Shown in pieces: positions 7,781-17,866 of a stretch of DNA of 64,000 nucleotides. Origin of the DNA: Fibrobacteria bacterium (lineage in GTDB: Bacteria > Fibrobacterota > Fibrobacteria > UBA11236). Location of the stretch: positions 1 to 64,000 of the forward strand of contig JAYTSD010000017.1 in the NCBI GenBank assembly GCA_043745805.1, written 5' to 3'. Under the pieces are notes generated by a model. It did not search any database, was not told where the DNA came from, and saw only the letters and a program-made list of their open reading frames with translations. A program made the translations under genes and the position numbers. Positions within the stretch are counted from its first letter, which is position 1, and every line of letters begins with the position of its first letter.

Positions 7781-7810
7781 GATCCGAGGATTCATCGCTG
7801 CGCACCTTAG
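7781..7810. repeat. REP-like dispersed repeat, copy 3
   Basis: GATCCGAGGATTCATCGCTGCGCACCTTAG. Confidence 0.75.
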
Positions 7811-7872
7811 CTTAAACAAAAAAGTTACCTTTGCATTTGCAGCTATAGTCAAATGATAAGATGATTTAAGTT

Positions 7873-8517
7873 TTGAAGATGTTAAGAATGTGCACTTTTT
7901 CAAATTGTATTCGATGTTTATTAATCCTGATATTTGCATTTAATTATAAAGTAGTTTTTGCACAATCAAATACTGGCAATGCTACCATTAGGGCGCCAAT
8001 TATTAGAGCTTCGATTGGAAATGCATTTGGAGTAGATGGGAACCATGGAGGTACTAATATAGATTTACGATTAGTTTCAGGAATGGGGAATTGGGAAGCA
8101 GGACTTAATTGGGGAGCCATAGGGGAATTGGATTTGTATCCGAAACGTTACCCAACTGAAGATTATCACAAATACGGAATTTCCTTTGGAAGAAATTTTA
8201 CTTCAGGGTTGGCGAGTTTATCCTTCGGAATAGAAATTGAAAGTTTTTCAGGACTTTCGCGAACTAGTTATAAAAGTAGTTCTTTACAATGTAAGCATTG
8301 GCATATGTTTTTGGGTTGTCCAGACAGCGATGAAATAAAAGTAGATGAATATGAAAGCCAAAGTTTCAATACCGTTGATTTTGGTCCCTATTTAAATGCG
8401 GATATACAGCTTTTTAAATATGTCGGAATTGGCGTTGCCGCTGAGGGATTTATCAATAAATATCAAGGCTTAGGAGCAGTTTATTTTTCAATTTATATAG
8501 GGAATAAGCTCCATTAG
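7873..8517 (+). CDS. Hypothetical exported/outer-membrane beta-strand protein
   Basis: Signal peptide and amphipathic strands; exact start uncertain. Confidence 0.6.
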   Translation: MKMLRMCTFSNCIRCLLILIFAFNYKVVFAQSNTGNATIRAPIIRASIGNAFGVDGNHGGTNIDLRLVSGMGNWEAGLNWGAIGELDLYPKRYPTEDYHKYGISFGRNFTSGLASLSFGIEIESFSGLSRTSYKSSSLQCKHWHMFLGCPDSDEIKVDEYESQSFNTVDFGPYLNADIQLFKYVGIGVAAEGFINKYQGLGAVYFSIYIGNKLH

Positions 8518-8566
8518 ATATTTTAAATATTTTAAAGTTGCAATTGACTTGCAAAAAAAGGAGTAA

Positions 8567-8929
8567 ATGATGGAATGTCCAAAATGCAAATCCGATATGG
8601 AGTCCGCCAATATTGAGGGAATGGTGGTAAATCGCTGTTTGCAATGTTATGGAGTTTGGTTTCATGAGCGTGAATATTTGCAGCTGAAAAAAAACAAGGT
8701 TTCAGAACAAATAGATATTGGAACAGCAGAGCTAGGCCGTGAATTTAATTCGGCAGAGGAAGTGCCTTGTCCTATTTGCAATGAGTCTATGGAAAAAGTG
8801 TCCGATTCATTTCAGACACATATACAATTCGAATCTTGTCCCTTTGGACATGGCGTTTTCTTTGATGCCGGTGAATACCGAGATTTGAAAACGCTTTCCG
8901 TCGGGGATTTATTTAAACGAATTTTTTAA
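8567..8929 (+). CDS. zf-TFIIB-type double zinc-ribbon protein
   Basis: CPKC...CxxCxGVWF and CPIC...CPxxHGVFFDAGE; AGGAG RBS. Confidence 0.85.
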   Translation: MMECPKCKSDMESANIEGMVVNRCLQCYGVWFHEREYLQLKKNKVSEQIDIGTAELGREFNSAEEVPCPICNESMEKVSDSFQTHIQFESCPFGHGVFFDAGEYRDLKTLSVGDLFKRIF

Positions 8930-8960
8930 TCTTGGAATAAATCTCGATATAACAATCCGC

Positions 8961-10907
8961 TCAAAGCGATTTCAAAAACAGTATTAAGTTACTTTGTTGT
9001 GTATTTGACATCGCTTTAAATTTCACTACGGAAGCTTCTCCTTCACCACCATGCCACAAAATGGCTTCTTGCAAAGTACGTGCGCGACCGTCATGTAAAT
9101 AACCTTCACCACTTACACCTTCGGTCAAACCAATATTCCATAAAGGGGCTGTACGCCATTCTGCACCAGTAGCCACACCTTCACCAAGATTATCGGCCAA
9201 TCCTGCACCCATATCATGTAGTAGTAGATCCGTGTAGGTTTACCCGCTTTCCAACCAAAACGACCCATTTGAGGTTGTCCGGTTTTTGTAAACCATTCGT
9301 TGTGGCGGTCCATCCACTCAAGGTTACTGTACCTTCAGAGTTACTGGAAGTGTTTTGGGGTTGCAAAACGGATCCCAGTTGCGGAATGGCATTTCCATTC
9401 GCATCTCCAATCTTGAAAACATATTTCGAAAGCGTTGAACCCACGGCCGGAGGGATAGATCGTCCATTATTGAAATGGCAAGAGACGCAGGATGTATTCA
9501 CAAAATTAGGTCCGGCTTTACCCATTTGTTTCGTCCAAATAGGATTTTCGGGTTCATCATGTGCACCTGTAGTAAAATTGGTATGGCTAACCCGACGTCC
9601 TCGCATAAAAGGCTGGCCATTTTGGGGCGACGCATTCGCTGCCATTTGCATAAAAACATTTGTCGGTTCATCGGAAGCTTGCTCATGTTGGGTAGTTTTA
9701 CCTCCTAACCAACTTTCCTCGGGAAGGGGAAAAGAATTTCCTGCTTCAGTAGCCGTATCGCCAACCGTACCACGTGCTTCCCAAGGTATTGTGCCTCCTG
9801 TTCCGACTCGATATAAAAAGGGAGTTCCATAATATCGGGATCTTCCATCTAAGTTTGTTTGATCCATTTCTATAACTACTTCCATTTCAATTAAGTCGCC
9901 GAATTTTATGTCCTTATTTAGGAATCGATTGGAGGTGATTTCGGTAAAATAATGAAGTGGATTAGTCGAGTCAGATGTCATTTTATGGCGATCGTAATAA
10001 TCCACCTCTGTATGCAGTCCTCTAAAAAAAAAGCGTTAAAGGTTTTCAAGTTATTATCCAAAGGTTGTAATGTCCATTCATCGATGCGGATTTTATTCCC
10101 TCCTTTGGCAAAGTAATCGGTAATTTGAATGGTTGCGGTGCGGTCTATCCAGTATAGTCTTAAATAATGATCATAAATATGAAATCGGGCTTCACGTGCA
10201 TGTCTATCTCTGGCGCGGTCCGAAAACCTTGTTATCACGGCTGTGGAGGTTTCTGTGATATTTTCGGGATCGAGTTTGGTGGCGCCATTAAATAAAGGCA
10301 CCAATTGCAATTTGCTAAAATCAAGCGTGGTATTACTTCCCTCTTTAACTTGGTAAACTTGGCTAGGTAATCCTGTTTTATCGCAAACAATGGAAATACC
10401 ATTAGCGCCCGTAGCATTGATTGCCGCGGTCTTTGCTACCGTTTTACCATTTAAATTCGAATTTGCGACTCCACTAAAAATTATTTCTTGATCCAATTTG
10501 GTAAAGTGGGCTTGCTTGGAAAAATTTGCGCATTTAATATTCACAAAATATACGCCATGTTCGCGATTCGAAAAAGATACGCGATCTCCTAGGCTAAGAT
10601 TTTGTTGCAGTAACTTTTGCCCTTTAAGATTGAAAATAGTGATGCTGGCTTTTTCGCCTTGCATTAAAGGGATTTGCGATAGGGGAGATGCATCGCCGAT
10701 GCTCGGGGAAGGGCCGATGATGGACGTGCCTTGCACAGAAAGAACCATGGCTCCACTTGCATCTGATAATCCAGATAATCCTTCCAAAGAGGAGCAGGTA
10801 ACACCGGAAATCCCATTCCCTTGTGAGTCTACAATTTTGAGTGTGGTAGCACTCCAGCAAATTTGCAAAGTTAAAGTGGTTATGAGAAATACGAGTTTAG
10901 AGTCCAT
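8961..10907 (-). pseudogene. Di-haem oxidoreductase (DUF1111/DHOR) family exported protein, fragmented
   Basis: Motifs GPNF..SCVSCH.NNGR, GRFGWKA, YTDLLLHDMG, EWRTAPLW and YLHDGRARTLQEAILWHGGEG are spread over four frame segments. Confidence 0.85.
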
Positions 10908-11173
10908 CGTTTATCGCCTTGCTATTAAAGTTTTACCATCACAAGATTAAATCATCAGATCATAATTCAAACTTTAGTATCAAAAGATCTCCACCAAATC
11001 TTTTGATATTTAAATTGTATTTCTTGTGAAAGCTAATCGATTTAGATTATTGAAGAAAAAAGAGGACAAAGCGTTCTCTTTTCCTATAAAGTAATTAAGT
11101 AAGCAAATTGATTTTAATTAGAGACAAATAAATCTCTGCTTAATAGTTGATTGCGCGATTTTTTTAGGGTAAC

Positions 11174-11205
11174 AAAAAACCCCGCGGCCAAAGCTGCAGG
11201 GTTTT
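11174..11205 (-). terminator. Intrinsic terminator
   Basis: AAAACCCTGCAGC-TTTG-GCCGCGGGG followed by T6 on the minus strand. Confidence 0.75.
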
Positions 11206-11228
11206 AAGAATTTTGTTTTTCGTATGTA

Positions 11229-11297
11229 TTAAGCGATACGACGACGATAGAAGAATACCATCATACCAAGACCCAAACCAAAAAGTCCGGGAATAGC
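11229..11297 (-). pseudogene. Orphan PEP-CTERM-like sorting-signal remnant
   Basis: Reads AIPGLFGLGLGMMVFFYRRRIA* immediately after an in-frame stop and before the terminator. Confidence 0.55.
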
Positions 11298-11326
11298 TCA
11301 TTAGATTTTACACTATTTGCTCGCAA

Positions 11327-12385
11327 TTAAAATGCTTTACCCAATGTTACTAACAAGGTGGTATTTGATTTTGAGGCGGCGCCTTTTGTTTCAGGCGTTT
11401 TGTTCAGTATAACTAAACCACCCAATTCAATGTTTTGCAGCATGCGTCCCAAGGTGGCTTGGCTAAATAAATCCGAATCTTTATCGGGATAATGATAACC
11501 TTTGCCAAATTTATTTAGGCGATACCAAAGACCTCCGGATATAGAGCTTTTTATCTCATTGGTAGCATTGTCTTTTAAGGCATAGCGTCTTTGCGATCCA
11601 ATGCGAAAGGTAATGTTTTGGAAAAAGAGTTTTTCAAATCCTATATCCACAATCGATTGGCCCGTAGCGGTGTCTTGAAAGTCCTGAATACCTAGTCGCA
11701 TGGAAACCAACCAATCAGAAGAATTCCCATAAGCCAATCCAAAATTAAACTCCTTGGGTACGGTAACAGGTAAGGAATCTTTTTTTTCTGAGGAGAGTTT
11801 TAACAAATTTAAAAAGGCAATATCCGCATGTAATTTACGGAATGAACCTGCAATACCAATATCACCAAAGGATTTTTTTACCTGCTTGGCAGAGGATGAT
11901 GTTTCGGGAAGGAAATCTAAATAACGCAGATTAAACCCCAAAGCTAATGACGGCGCTCCTTCGGAGGTGAAGCCCAAGTCGGTAGTAGAGACGCCATATC
12001 CCAGTTCGTATTTTTTAGCAGTATATGTATTTGCGTTTTCCAAACCATTGTCGGTTAAACTAAAATCCATAGTCTGTTTGGAAATGGCGAGTTGAAAATT
12101 GGGTAAGCCTAAAATTAAGCTACGGCCATCGGGTTGAATTCCAAATTGCAGCATGGTCTCCGTAGTTCGCGCCAAGTCGGCGGGATTAAGAGGGTGCAAA
12201 GGCTCCATAGTAGTGGGAAATACATCTCCACTGCTTAATGGGCCGCCAAAGCGGTCGGAGGCAGATACACTTTTGTCTAAGGCATAGGTTGGAAAAGATA
12301 AGCTACTTAGTGAGATAACCATCCCAAGAAGGTGAACTGGACGAGTAATAATAAGGCTAGTAAAAGGAATTGCAGAAAGCCTCAT
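11327..12385 (-). CDS. Outer-membrane beta-barrel, PorV/FadL-like
   Basis: Signal peptide; LGFNLRY, DIG, P...FGLAY and G.E....FRIG strands; C-terminal Phe. Confidence 0.6.
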   Translation of the reverse strand: MRLSAIPFTSLIITRPVHLLGMVISLSSLSFPTYALDKSVSASDRFGGPLSSGDVFPTTMEPLHPLNPADLARTTETMLQFGIQPDGRSLILGLPNFQLAISKQTMDFSLTDNGLENANTYTAKKYELGYGVSTTDLGFTSEGAPSLALGFNLRYLDFLPETSSSAKQVKKSFGDIGIAGSFRKLHADIAFLNLLKLSSEKKDSLPVTVPKEFNFGLAYGNSSDWLVSMRLGIQDFQDTATGQSIVDIGFEKLFFQNITFRIGSQRRYALKDNATNEIKSSISGGLWYRLNKFGKGYHYPDKDSDLFSQATLGRMLQNIELGGLVILNKTPETKGAASKSNTTLLVTLGKAF

Positions 12386-13170
12386 TAGGGGATTCTCCGA
12401 GACAAAGGATTAAAGGTGGCGGTTACTGAAAAGGCAACGAGACCTTCATTGTGTAAAGTTGAATAGCCACTATCGGCACGATATATCATACCCATTTGCA
12501 AATGTTGGCCTGCATCCATACGTACACCCACAGAATAAAAACGCTCTTCAATTTGATCGAGTTGTTCCAAGGAGTTTCCCAAGGCAAAATCCGAGGTGAA
12601 ATATAAAGGCAAGGGTTTACCATTTGCATTGGCTAGGCGTAATTGCATTCCTCCAAAAATATGATAAGCATTGTAACGAGAGCTTAATCCTGCGGTAAAA
12701 TGGGGTTGCAAAAAGGGTAAAGAACTTTGGAACCCCGCAACAAAATAAACTCCATAAGGCATAGCAAAGCCGGTGGCTATTCGCCATTGTCCCCAGCTAG
12801 TTGGCGTTTCACCTAAAGAATATTTGAGGCTCGGAATGATGGGGAGATAGTCACCCGCAGTTTGCGGTTTGAATCCACCATCTTGGCTACCCGAGGCCAT
12901 TCTATAAGTGTTACTAAATCCAATTTCAACCGGAAAGGTTTGCAAGGATGTGAGTAAGGTTAATCCAGCGGGATAGCGATCTTCATTTGATACATCTTTC
13001 ACAGCCATGAAATATCCTGCGGAAAAATCGGGCCCAAAAGATTTTTCTTCGGAGGGAACATAGTTGATACCTGAGAACCCGTAACGTGTCATATCGGCAT
13101 AGAGGTAAGTAGGTAACAAAGTAAGTATTAATGAGTAAGGAAATATTTTATTCAAAATGGATTTTTTCAT
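12385..13170 (-). CDS. Hypothetical outer-membrane beta-barrel protein
   Basis: Signal peptide and alternating hydrophobic strands; translationally coupled. Confidence 0.6.
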   Translation of the reverse strand: MKKSILNKIFPYSLILTLLPTYLYADMTRYGFSGINYVPSEEKSFGPDFSAGYFMAVKDVSNEDRYPAGLTLLTSLQTFPVEIGFSNTYRMASGSQDGGFKPQTAGDYLPIIPSLKYSLGETPTSWGQWRIATGFAMPYGVYFVAGFQSSLPFLQPHFTAGLSSRYNAYHIFGGMQLRLANANGKPLPLYFTSDFALGNSLEQLDQIEERFYSVGVRMDAGQHLQMGMIYRADSGYSTLHNEGLVAFSVTATFNPLSRRIP

Positions 13171-14846
13171 AATGCGATCAAGGCTCCTAAGGAGGCGACG
13201 AATATCAATGTGCCTAGGAGATAAGTTTTAGTTTTGGAGAAGTTACGTTGTAAGGTGGTTTCTTGATTTCCAGCAATGGTAATTTTTTTAGAGGAGCTTC
13301 CTTGGAAAGAGTTGAGGCGCACGGTATACTCTCCCTCGGGCAGTTTTACGGGATCAATAGGGGTATAGCCCATAAAGGCACCGTCTACTAATATTTCGGT
13401 ATGAGGGGCAGAGGTAACCGCTAATTGACCTGGTTTTCTATCGAGGGCCACTTCAATGCGTGTTTCCTCATCGGTGGCAATTTCCATGGACATTTCTTTA
13501 GAGAAATAATTATCGGCATCTAGGAGTACGCGATAAGTTCCCACATTAAGATTTTCTTTTACTACGGGGGTTTGACCTAAATTACGGATGGTTTTTCCAT
13601 CATCCAGCCGAACCTTGACTATGCGAGGGGTAGAAACTACGGTCAATAAACCGGTTCTCAGTTTTAAATCTTCGCGAATATTGATGGTGTCGGAAGGCTT
13701 AACACTATAAGTCTCTTGGAAGGTACGGTAACCGTCACAGGAAATTTCCACAGCAACTTTACCCGGTTCCACTTTATCTATTTTCAAAGGTGTTTTGCCA
13801 AAAAATCGCCCATTCAAAGCAACGGAAGATCCGGCAGGAAGGGTGGTTACATCGAGGTACCCCATTTTTATTCTTAGCTGAGCATTTGACTGCGTACTTT
13901 GGCCACGGTTTACAAATACCTTTTCTTCGGATGGATAAAAATTTTGCAATTCCATACGAAGGCGATGTTCTCCTTCGTCGACATTTTTGATTTCCAGCGG
14001 CGTTTTACCTACGGCTTTGCCATCCAAAAAAACCTGTGCATCGACTGGCTGCGAATTGACCACCAAATTTCCGGGTAAAGCACGTAAAGAGGCATTGATG
14101 GTAATCTGTGATTTGGGTACCACGGTTACAGTATCTATCCAACTCTGATACCCTGCCGCAACCAATTCTAATCGGTATTGCCCTTCTAATAAATCATTCA
14201 TGCGTAATATGGTTTTAGGATCCGCTTTTCCCATTAAATCGCCATTGAGAAAAACTTCGGCTTCTACGGGTTGTGAAGCCACAGTGATAGCTCCCATCCA
14301 TTGACGAAGATATTTCTTTTCGATATTTCCAGCGAGAGTTTTTATCAAATTACGTAAGTCTTTATCGCCAGCGGTATGACCGTTTTCCGCAGCCACTACT
14401 TCGCCTGTGCGTGTGGCAATGAGGCGGGTGTCAATTTCCAATACACCGTCCAAAAAGGCAGCATCACCGGTAATAACTACATCGGCACGATAAACCGATT
14501 CCAATTGACGGATTTGCTTTTGTGTTATCCCCAAGTAAGTTAATTGCTGCGTTCCCAAAACTTCCGCAATTTTTGAAGGTTCCAAAACTGTGAAATTGGA
14601 ATGATTCCGAAGTTCGGTAACTAGCATGGCTGATATAGCTGAGCCATAGCCATTTTCTTTGGCTTTAACATTGGCGTCATTAAATGGTAATACCGCTAGT
14701 ATAGGACGAACTCTATTCAATTGAGCTGGTGAATGCTCTGCATCGGGTAATGCGCTAGCAATGGTAGTTGTTATAGCCAAAGTAAGCGCAAGGGTTAAGA
14801 AAAAAACTATAGAGGTGGGTCGCATATTATTAATCCTGAGCATCAT
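13167..14846 (-). CDS. CsgG/FlgO-like domain plus multiple PEGA domains, with a C-terminal TM
   Basis: LAVLPF...LI.TRTGEVV N-domain; about five S.P..A.V.LDG...GKTP repeats. Confidence 0.85.
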   Translation of the reverse strand: MMLRINNMRPTSIVFFLTLALTLAITTTIASALPDAEHSPAQLNRVRPILAVLPFNDANVKAKENGYGSAISAMLVTELRNHSNFTVLEPSKIAEVLGTQQLTYLGITQKQIRQLESVYRADVVITGDAAFLDGVLEIDTRLIATRTGEVVAAENGHTAGDKDLRNLIKTLAGNIEKKYLRQWMGAITVASQPVEAEVFLNGDLMGKADPKTILRMNDLLEGQYRLELVAAGYQSWIDTVTVVPKSQITINASLRALPGNLVVNSQPVDAQVFLDGKAVGKTPLEIKNVDEGEHRLRMELQNFYPSEEKVFVNRGQSTQSNAQLRIKMGYLDVTTLPAGSSVALNGRFFGKTPLKIDKVEPGKVAVEISCDGYRTFQETYSVKPSDTINIREDLKLRTGLLTVVSTPRIVKVRLDDGKTIRNLGQTPVVKENLNVGTYRVLLDADNYFSKEMSMEIATDEETRIEVALDRKPGQLAVTSAPHTEILVDGAFMGYTPIDPVKLPEGEYTVRLNSFQGSSSKKITIAGNQETTLQRNFSKTKTYLLGTLIFVASLGALIAL

Positions 14847-15129
14847 ATATTTTGATCTGATTCCACAATCCTTTGCAGCCTACACGAAATTTATCATGGA
14901 TTGGATCCACCTGATACGCATCATGTCCTGCCAAATCATCGAATACCAAAATCAAAGCATAGCTATACGTTCTATCAATAACCGGTCTATCTGGCAATGC
15001 TGGTGTTGCGACCCAGCCATGGCGGACACAGGGGACCGTCAGTAGTGACTTTACACCCGCTTGATAACAGGCTAATTCTTCAGAAGTTAAATCAGGACGT
15101 AACCAAAAATAAACGCTATGAATAAACAT
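14830..15129 (-). CDS. Dabb (stress-responsive A/B barrel) protein
   Basis: HSVYFWL...F.D...HDAYQ..P.H..F...IYD. Confidence 0.9.
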   Translation of the reverse strand: MFIHSVYFWLRPDLTSEELACYQAGVKSLLTVPCVRHGWVATPALPDRPVIDRTYSYALILVFDDLAGHDAYQVDPIHDKFRVGCKGLWNQIKIYDAQD

Positions 15130-15137
15130 ATTAATCC

Positions 15138-16493
15138 TTAATAATGGAGAGGTTTATGGTATTGACAATAAAAATTCCAAAAGCCATCGGCACTTTTGTC
15201 ATATGTGAAATGTAAAGCTCTTTCGCGTGCATGTAATTTAAAGGCCGCTAATTTTTCGGGATTATTGGCGAGCATTAAAACTTTTTCAGCAAAGTCTTCG
15301 GGCTTATCCGCATCAAATATTAATCCACATTTATTTTCTTCAATAATTTCTTGCGGACCCCCTTGGTTGGACGTAATGCAAGGAATGCCCGAGGCTAAAG
15401 CCTCTATAACGCTATTGCCAAAGGTATCAGTGGTGCTGGGAAAAACTAAAATATCGGCACTGGCAATAATGCTAGTGAGCGATTCACCAGTTAATACACC
15501 CGGGAAAAAAGCTTTCCCAGTTTTAGCTAAGCCTGTTTTTAAAGTTTCCCAATAAGGTCCATCGCCTACAACGGTAAGTGTTACATTAGGGTTACGAGTA
15601 ACGATTTCGGTAAAAGCCGGAATGAATAGGGCTAAATTTTTTTCGAGGGATACGCGGCCCACATAAAGTAAGCGTATGCCTTTGCTGGGGAGCGAAAGTT
15701 TTTCCCAAGTTTTTAACGAGGCTTTATCCGGATGAAAATGACTTAAATCGACGCCACGGGGTAATTTTACAATTTGCTGAGGGGGAATATTCATTTCCAT
15801 TTGAATTTTTTCCGCATAGGCTTGTGACGGAACCACAACAGGTCCAGCCCATTTCGTGGCCAGTATAGTCCAAGTATTAATGCCCCAAACACCGGGTGCA
15901 TTTTTTACTAAAAGTTTGGAATAGGTTAAAATATCGGTACGATAATGACTTAAGGTTTTTACACCAGCCACTTTAGCCACGATTAAACCTAAAACTGCGA
16001 CGGGTCCGGGCGTTTGCAATTCCACAATATCGATGCGATTGTGTTTAAAAAAATCGATTAGTGTTCGCAAATAGGGGATGGCTAATTCGCTATGAGGATA
16101 ACCTGCTTGATCCATAGAATAGGGGCCAGGGACTAATATCACACTATTATCTATGCCTTCTTGGCGAGGCTGTTGCTTATGAAAAGCGACACCCCAGAGA
16201 AAAATCTTTTTTCCTTTTTCGCGCAGCTTAGAAACCATAATTCGTGAAGTAATGGCTATGCCATTCACTTCATCTAAATTGTCGCCAATCCATACTACAA
16301 TGGGATCCGCTTGAGTGTTTTTAGCTTGACTTTGATATTGCGCACGTAGGGCCATAAGCGCAGGAATATTGGTCAGAAGCTGTTGACAAAACCAAAAAAT
16401 TAGCTTTAAGGACCCAGGCCAATTCGTTTTACTATGCGATCGCAAAGTGGTTGCAGCAGGTTTATTTGATTTAGACAAAGACTTATTTACCAA
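15138..16493 (-). CDS. Glycosyltransferase family 4
   Basis: RGVDL..F.P, YVGRVSLEKNL, FPSTTDTFGNSVIEALASG. Confidence 0.92.
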   Translation of the reverse strand: MVNKSLSKSNKPAATTLRSHSKTNWPGSLKLIFWFCQQLLTNIPALMALRAQYQSQAKNTQADPIVVWIGDNLDEVNGIAITSRIMVSKLREKGKKIFLWGVAFHKQQPRQEGIDNSVILVPGPYSMDQAGYPHSELAIPYLRTLIDFFKHNRIDIVELQTPGPVAVLGLIVAKVAGVKTLSHYRTDILTYSKLLVKNAPGVWGINTWTILATKWAGPVVVPSQAYAEKIQMEMNIPPQQIVKLPRGVDLSHFHPDKASLKTWEKLSLPSKGIRLLYVGRVSLEKNLALFIPAFTEIVTRNPNVTLTVVGDGPYWETLKTGLAKTGKAFFPGVLTGESLTSIIASADILVFPSTTDTFGNSVIEALASGIPCITSNQGGPQEIIEENKCGLIFDADKPEDFAEKVLMLANNPEKLAAFKLHARERALHFTYDKSADGFWNFYCQYHKPLHY

Positions 16494-16653
16494 GGATAAA
16501 GGTTAAATAAAAGTTGATTTTCAAAAGTAAGAATATTTCCTTGCCTTGCGCGAACAGATTGCAGAAGATACCTTTGAGATTCATACAATTTTGGACGAAT
16601 GGATTGCATAAAAGGTAATCAATATTTTAACACCTAGGTGATTTTCTGGATTT

Positions 16654-17856
16654 ATGATTTTTGTGGACATCAATACATTTTATGCTGAAAAGACAGGTGG
16701 TATTCGTACCTATCATCATGCCAAAATTGCTTGGTTTTCAGCACAACAGGAACATCGTTACTTTTTATTTTCGCCTGGACCGCAATTTTTGCGTCGCGAA
16801 TTAAATTCGCAAGTCACGCTGATTGAATTTTACGGGCTGGCCTTAACTGCCGATCCATTAGGCTACCGTCTTTTATTGGATTATTTAAAAGTCGCGGAAT
16901 GTCTTCGTGAGATCAATCCGCATATTGTGGAAGCCGGCGATCCTTGGTTAACAGGTTTATTTTGCTTACTTGCCAAAAAAATATTCAAACGTTCCTGTTT
17001 ATGGACTTCCTTTTATCATTCTGATCCCATAGTGACTTATATGTTACCTTGGGTTCAGCGTGGGAAATTTCTAAGCCTTAAAAAAAAACTTATTCCGCTG
17101 TGCAGTAAGGTATTTTATGCCTTACAAAATCAATACCATGCGACTTGTATTAGTTCTAAGGCAATGGACAAAAGGCTTGCCGATGAAAATGTGGGAACTC
17201 GACTTTATACCCCTTTTGGAGTAGACAAAGTTTTCTTTTCTACTGTAAGGCAAATTTCCATATCGATACCTTCATCGACCCCTTTTCTAGAAAAAAAATA
17301 TTTGCTTTATGTGGGACGATTAGATATCGAAAAAGGCATTGATTTGCTGATTGCCATTTTACCGCGTTTATTGGAAATTCCACAGGTGGAGATTTCGGTA
17401 TTAGGTCGAGGCAGTCGAGTAGATTTTTTTCAGAACTTTAAGCATGCACGTTTTCACTATTTAGGTTTTAAACCTGATAAATACGACGTGGCTGAAGTTT
17501 ATCAACAACATCAAATTCTTTTGGCACCAGGCCCTTTTGAAACCTTTGGTCTAGGGGTTTTGGAGGCTATGGCTTGTGGGCTGGTAGTGGTGGGTCCTAA
17601 TAGAGGTGGAACGAGCGAGTTACTCTCGGAATTAGCTTCGAATTTCATTTTTCATGCTGAAGATAGTGACGCATTTTATCAAACCATACTCAAAGCCCTT
17701 GCTTGTGATTTCACTAACGAATCCTTGCGTTCACAAGCTTTGGCGCAAAAATATGGGACTTGGGATAAAGCCATTGAAAGACAAACTCAATTATATAAAA
17801 GGACTTATAAAGCAATGTCGGAAAAACTTTTTGAAAAACAAATGGGAAAGAATTAA
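16654..17856 (+). CDS. Glycosyltransferase family 4
   Basis: GGIRTY, YVGRLDIEKG, ETFGLGVLEAMACG. Confidence 0.92.
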   Translation: MIFVDINTFYAEKTGGIRTYHHAKIAWFSAQQEHRYFLFSPGPQFLRRELNSQVTLIEFYGLALTADPLGYRLLLDYLKVAECLREINPHIVEAGDPWLTGLFCLLAKKIFKRSCLWTSFYHSDPIVTYMLPWVQRGKFLSLKKKLIPLCSKVFYALQNQYHATCISSKAMDKRLADENVGTRLYTPFGVDKVFFSTVRQISISIPSSTPFLEKKYLLYVGRLDIEKGIDLLIAILPRLLEIPQVEISVLGRGSRVDFFQNFKHARFHYLGFKPDKYDVAEVYQQHQILLAPGPFETFGLGVLEAMACGLVVVGPNRGGTSELLSELASNFIFHAEDSDAFYQTILKALACDFTNESLRSQALAQKYGTWDKAIERQTQLYKRTYKAMSEKLFEKQMGKN

Positions 17857-17866
17857 GGATTAAATT

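Noticed and set aside
98-7810. 30-bp repeat as a CRISPR array
   Set aside because: Copies are kilobases apart, with no spacer periodicity and no cas genes.
10024-10032. Homopolymer as a functional phase-variation switch
   Set aside because: Downstream deletions remove essential parts, so restoring the frame would not give a full enzyme.
9269-10950. Plus-strand ORFs of 187 and 150 aa
   Set aside because: Antisense to the oxidoreductase pseudogene, with no recognisable motifs.
10978-11008. Hairpin TATCAAAAGA...TCTTTTGATA with CTCCACCA in the loop as a second att site
   Set aside because: An 8-9 nt match to a tRNA end is too short; more likely an operator or chance.
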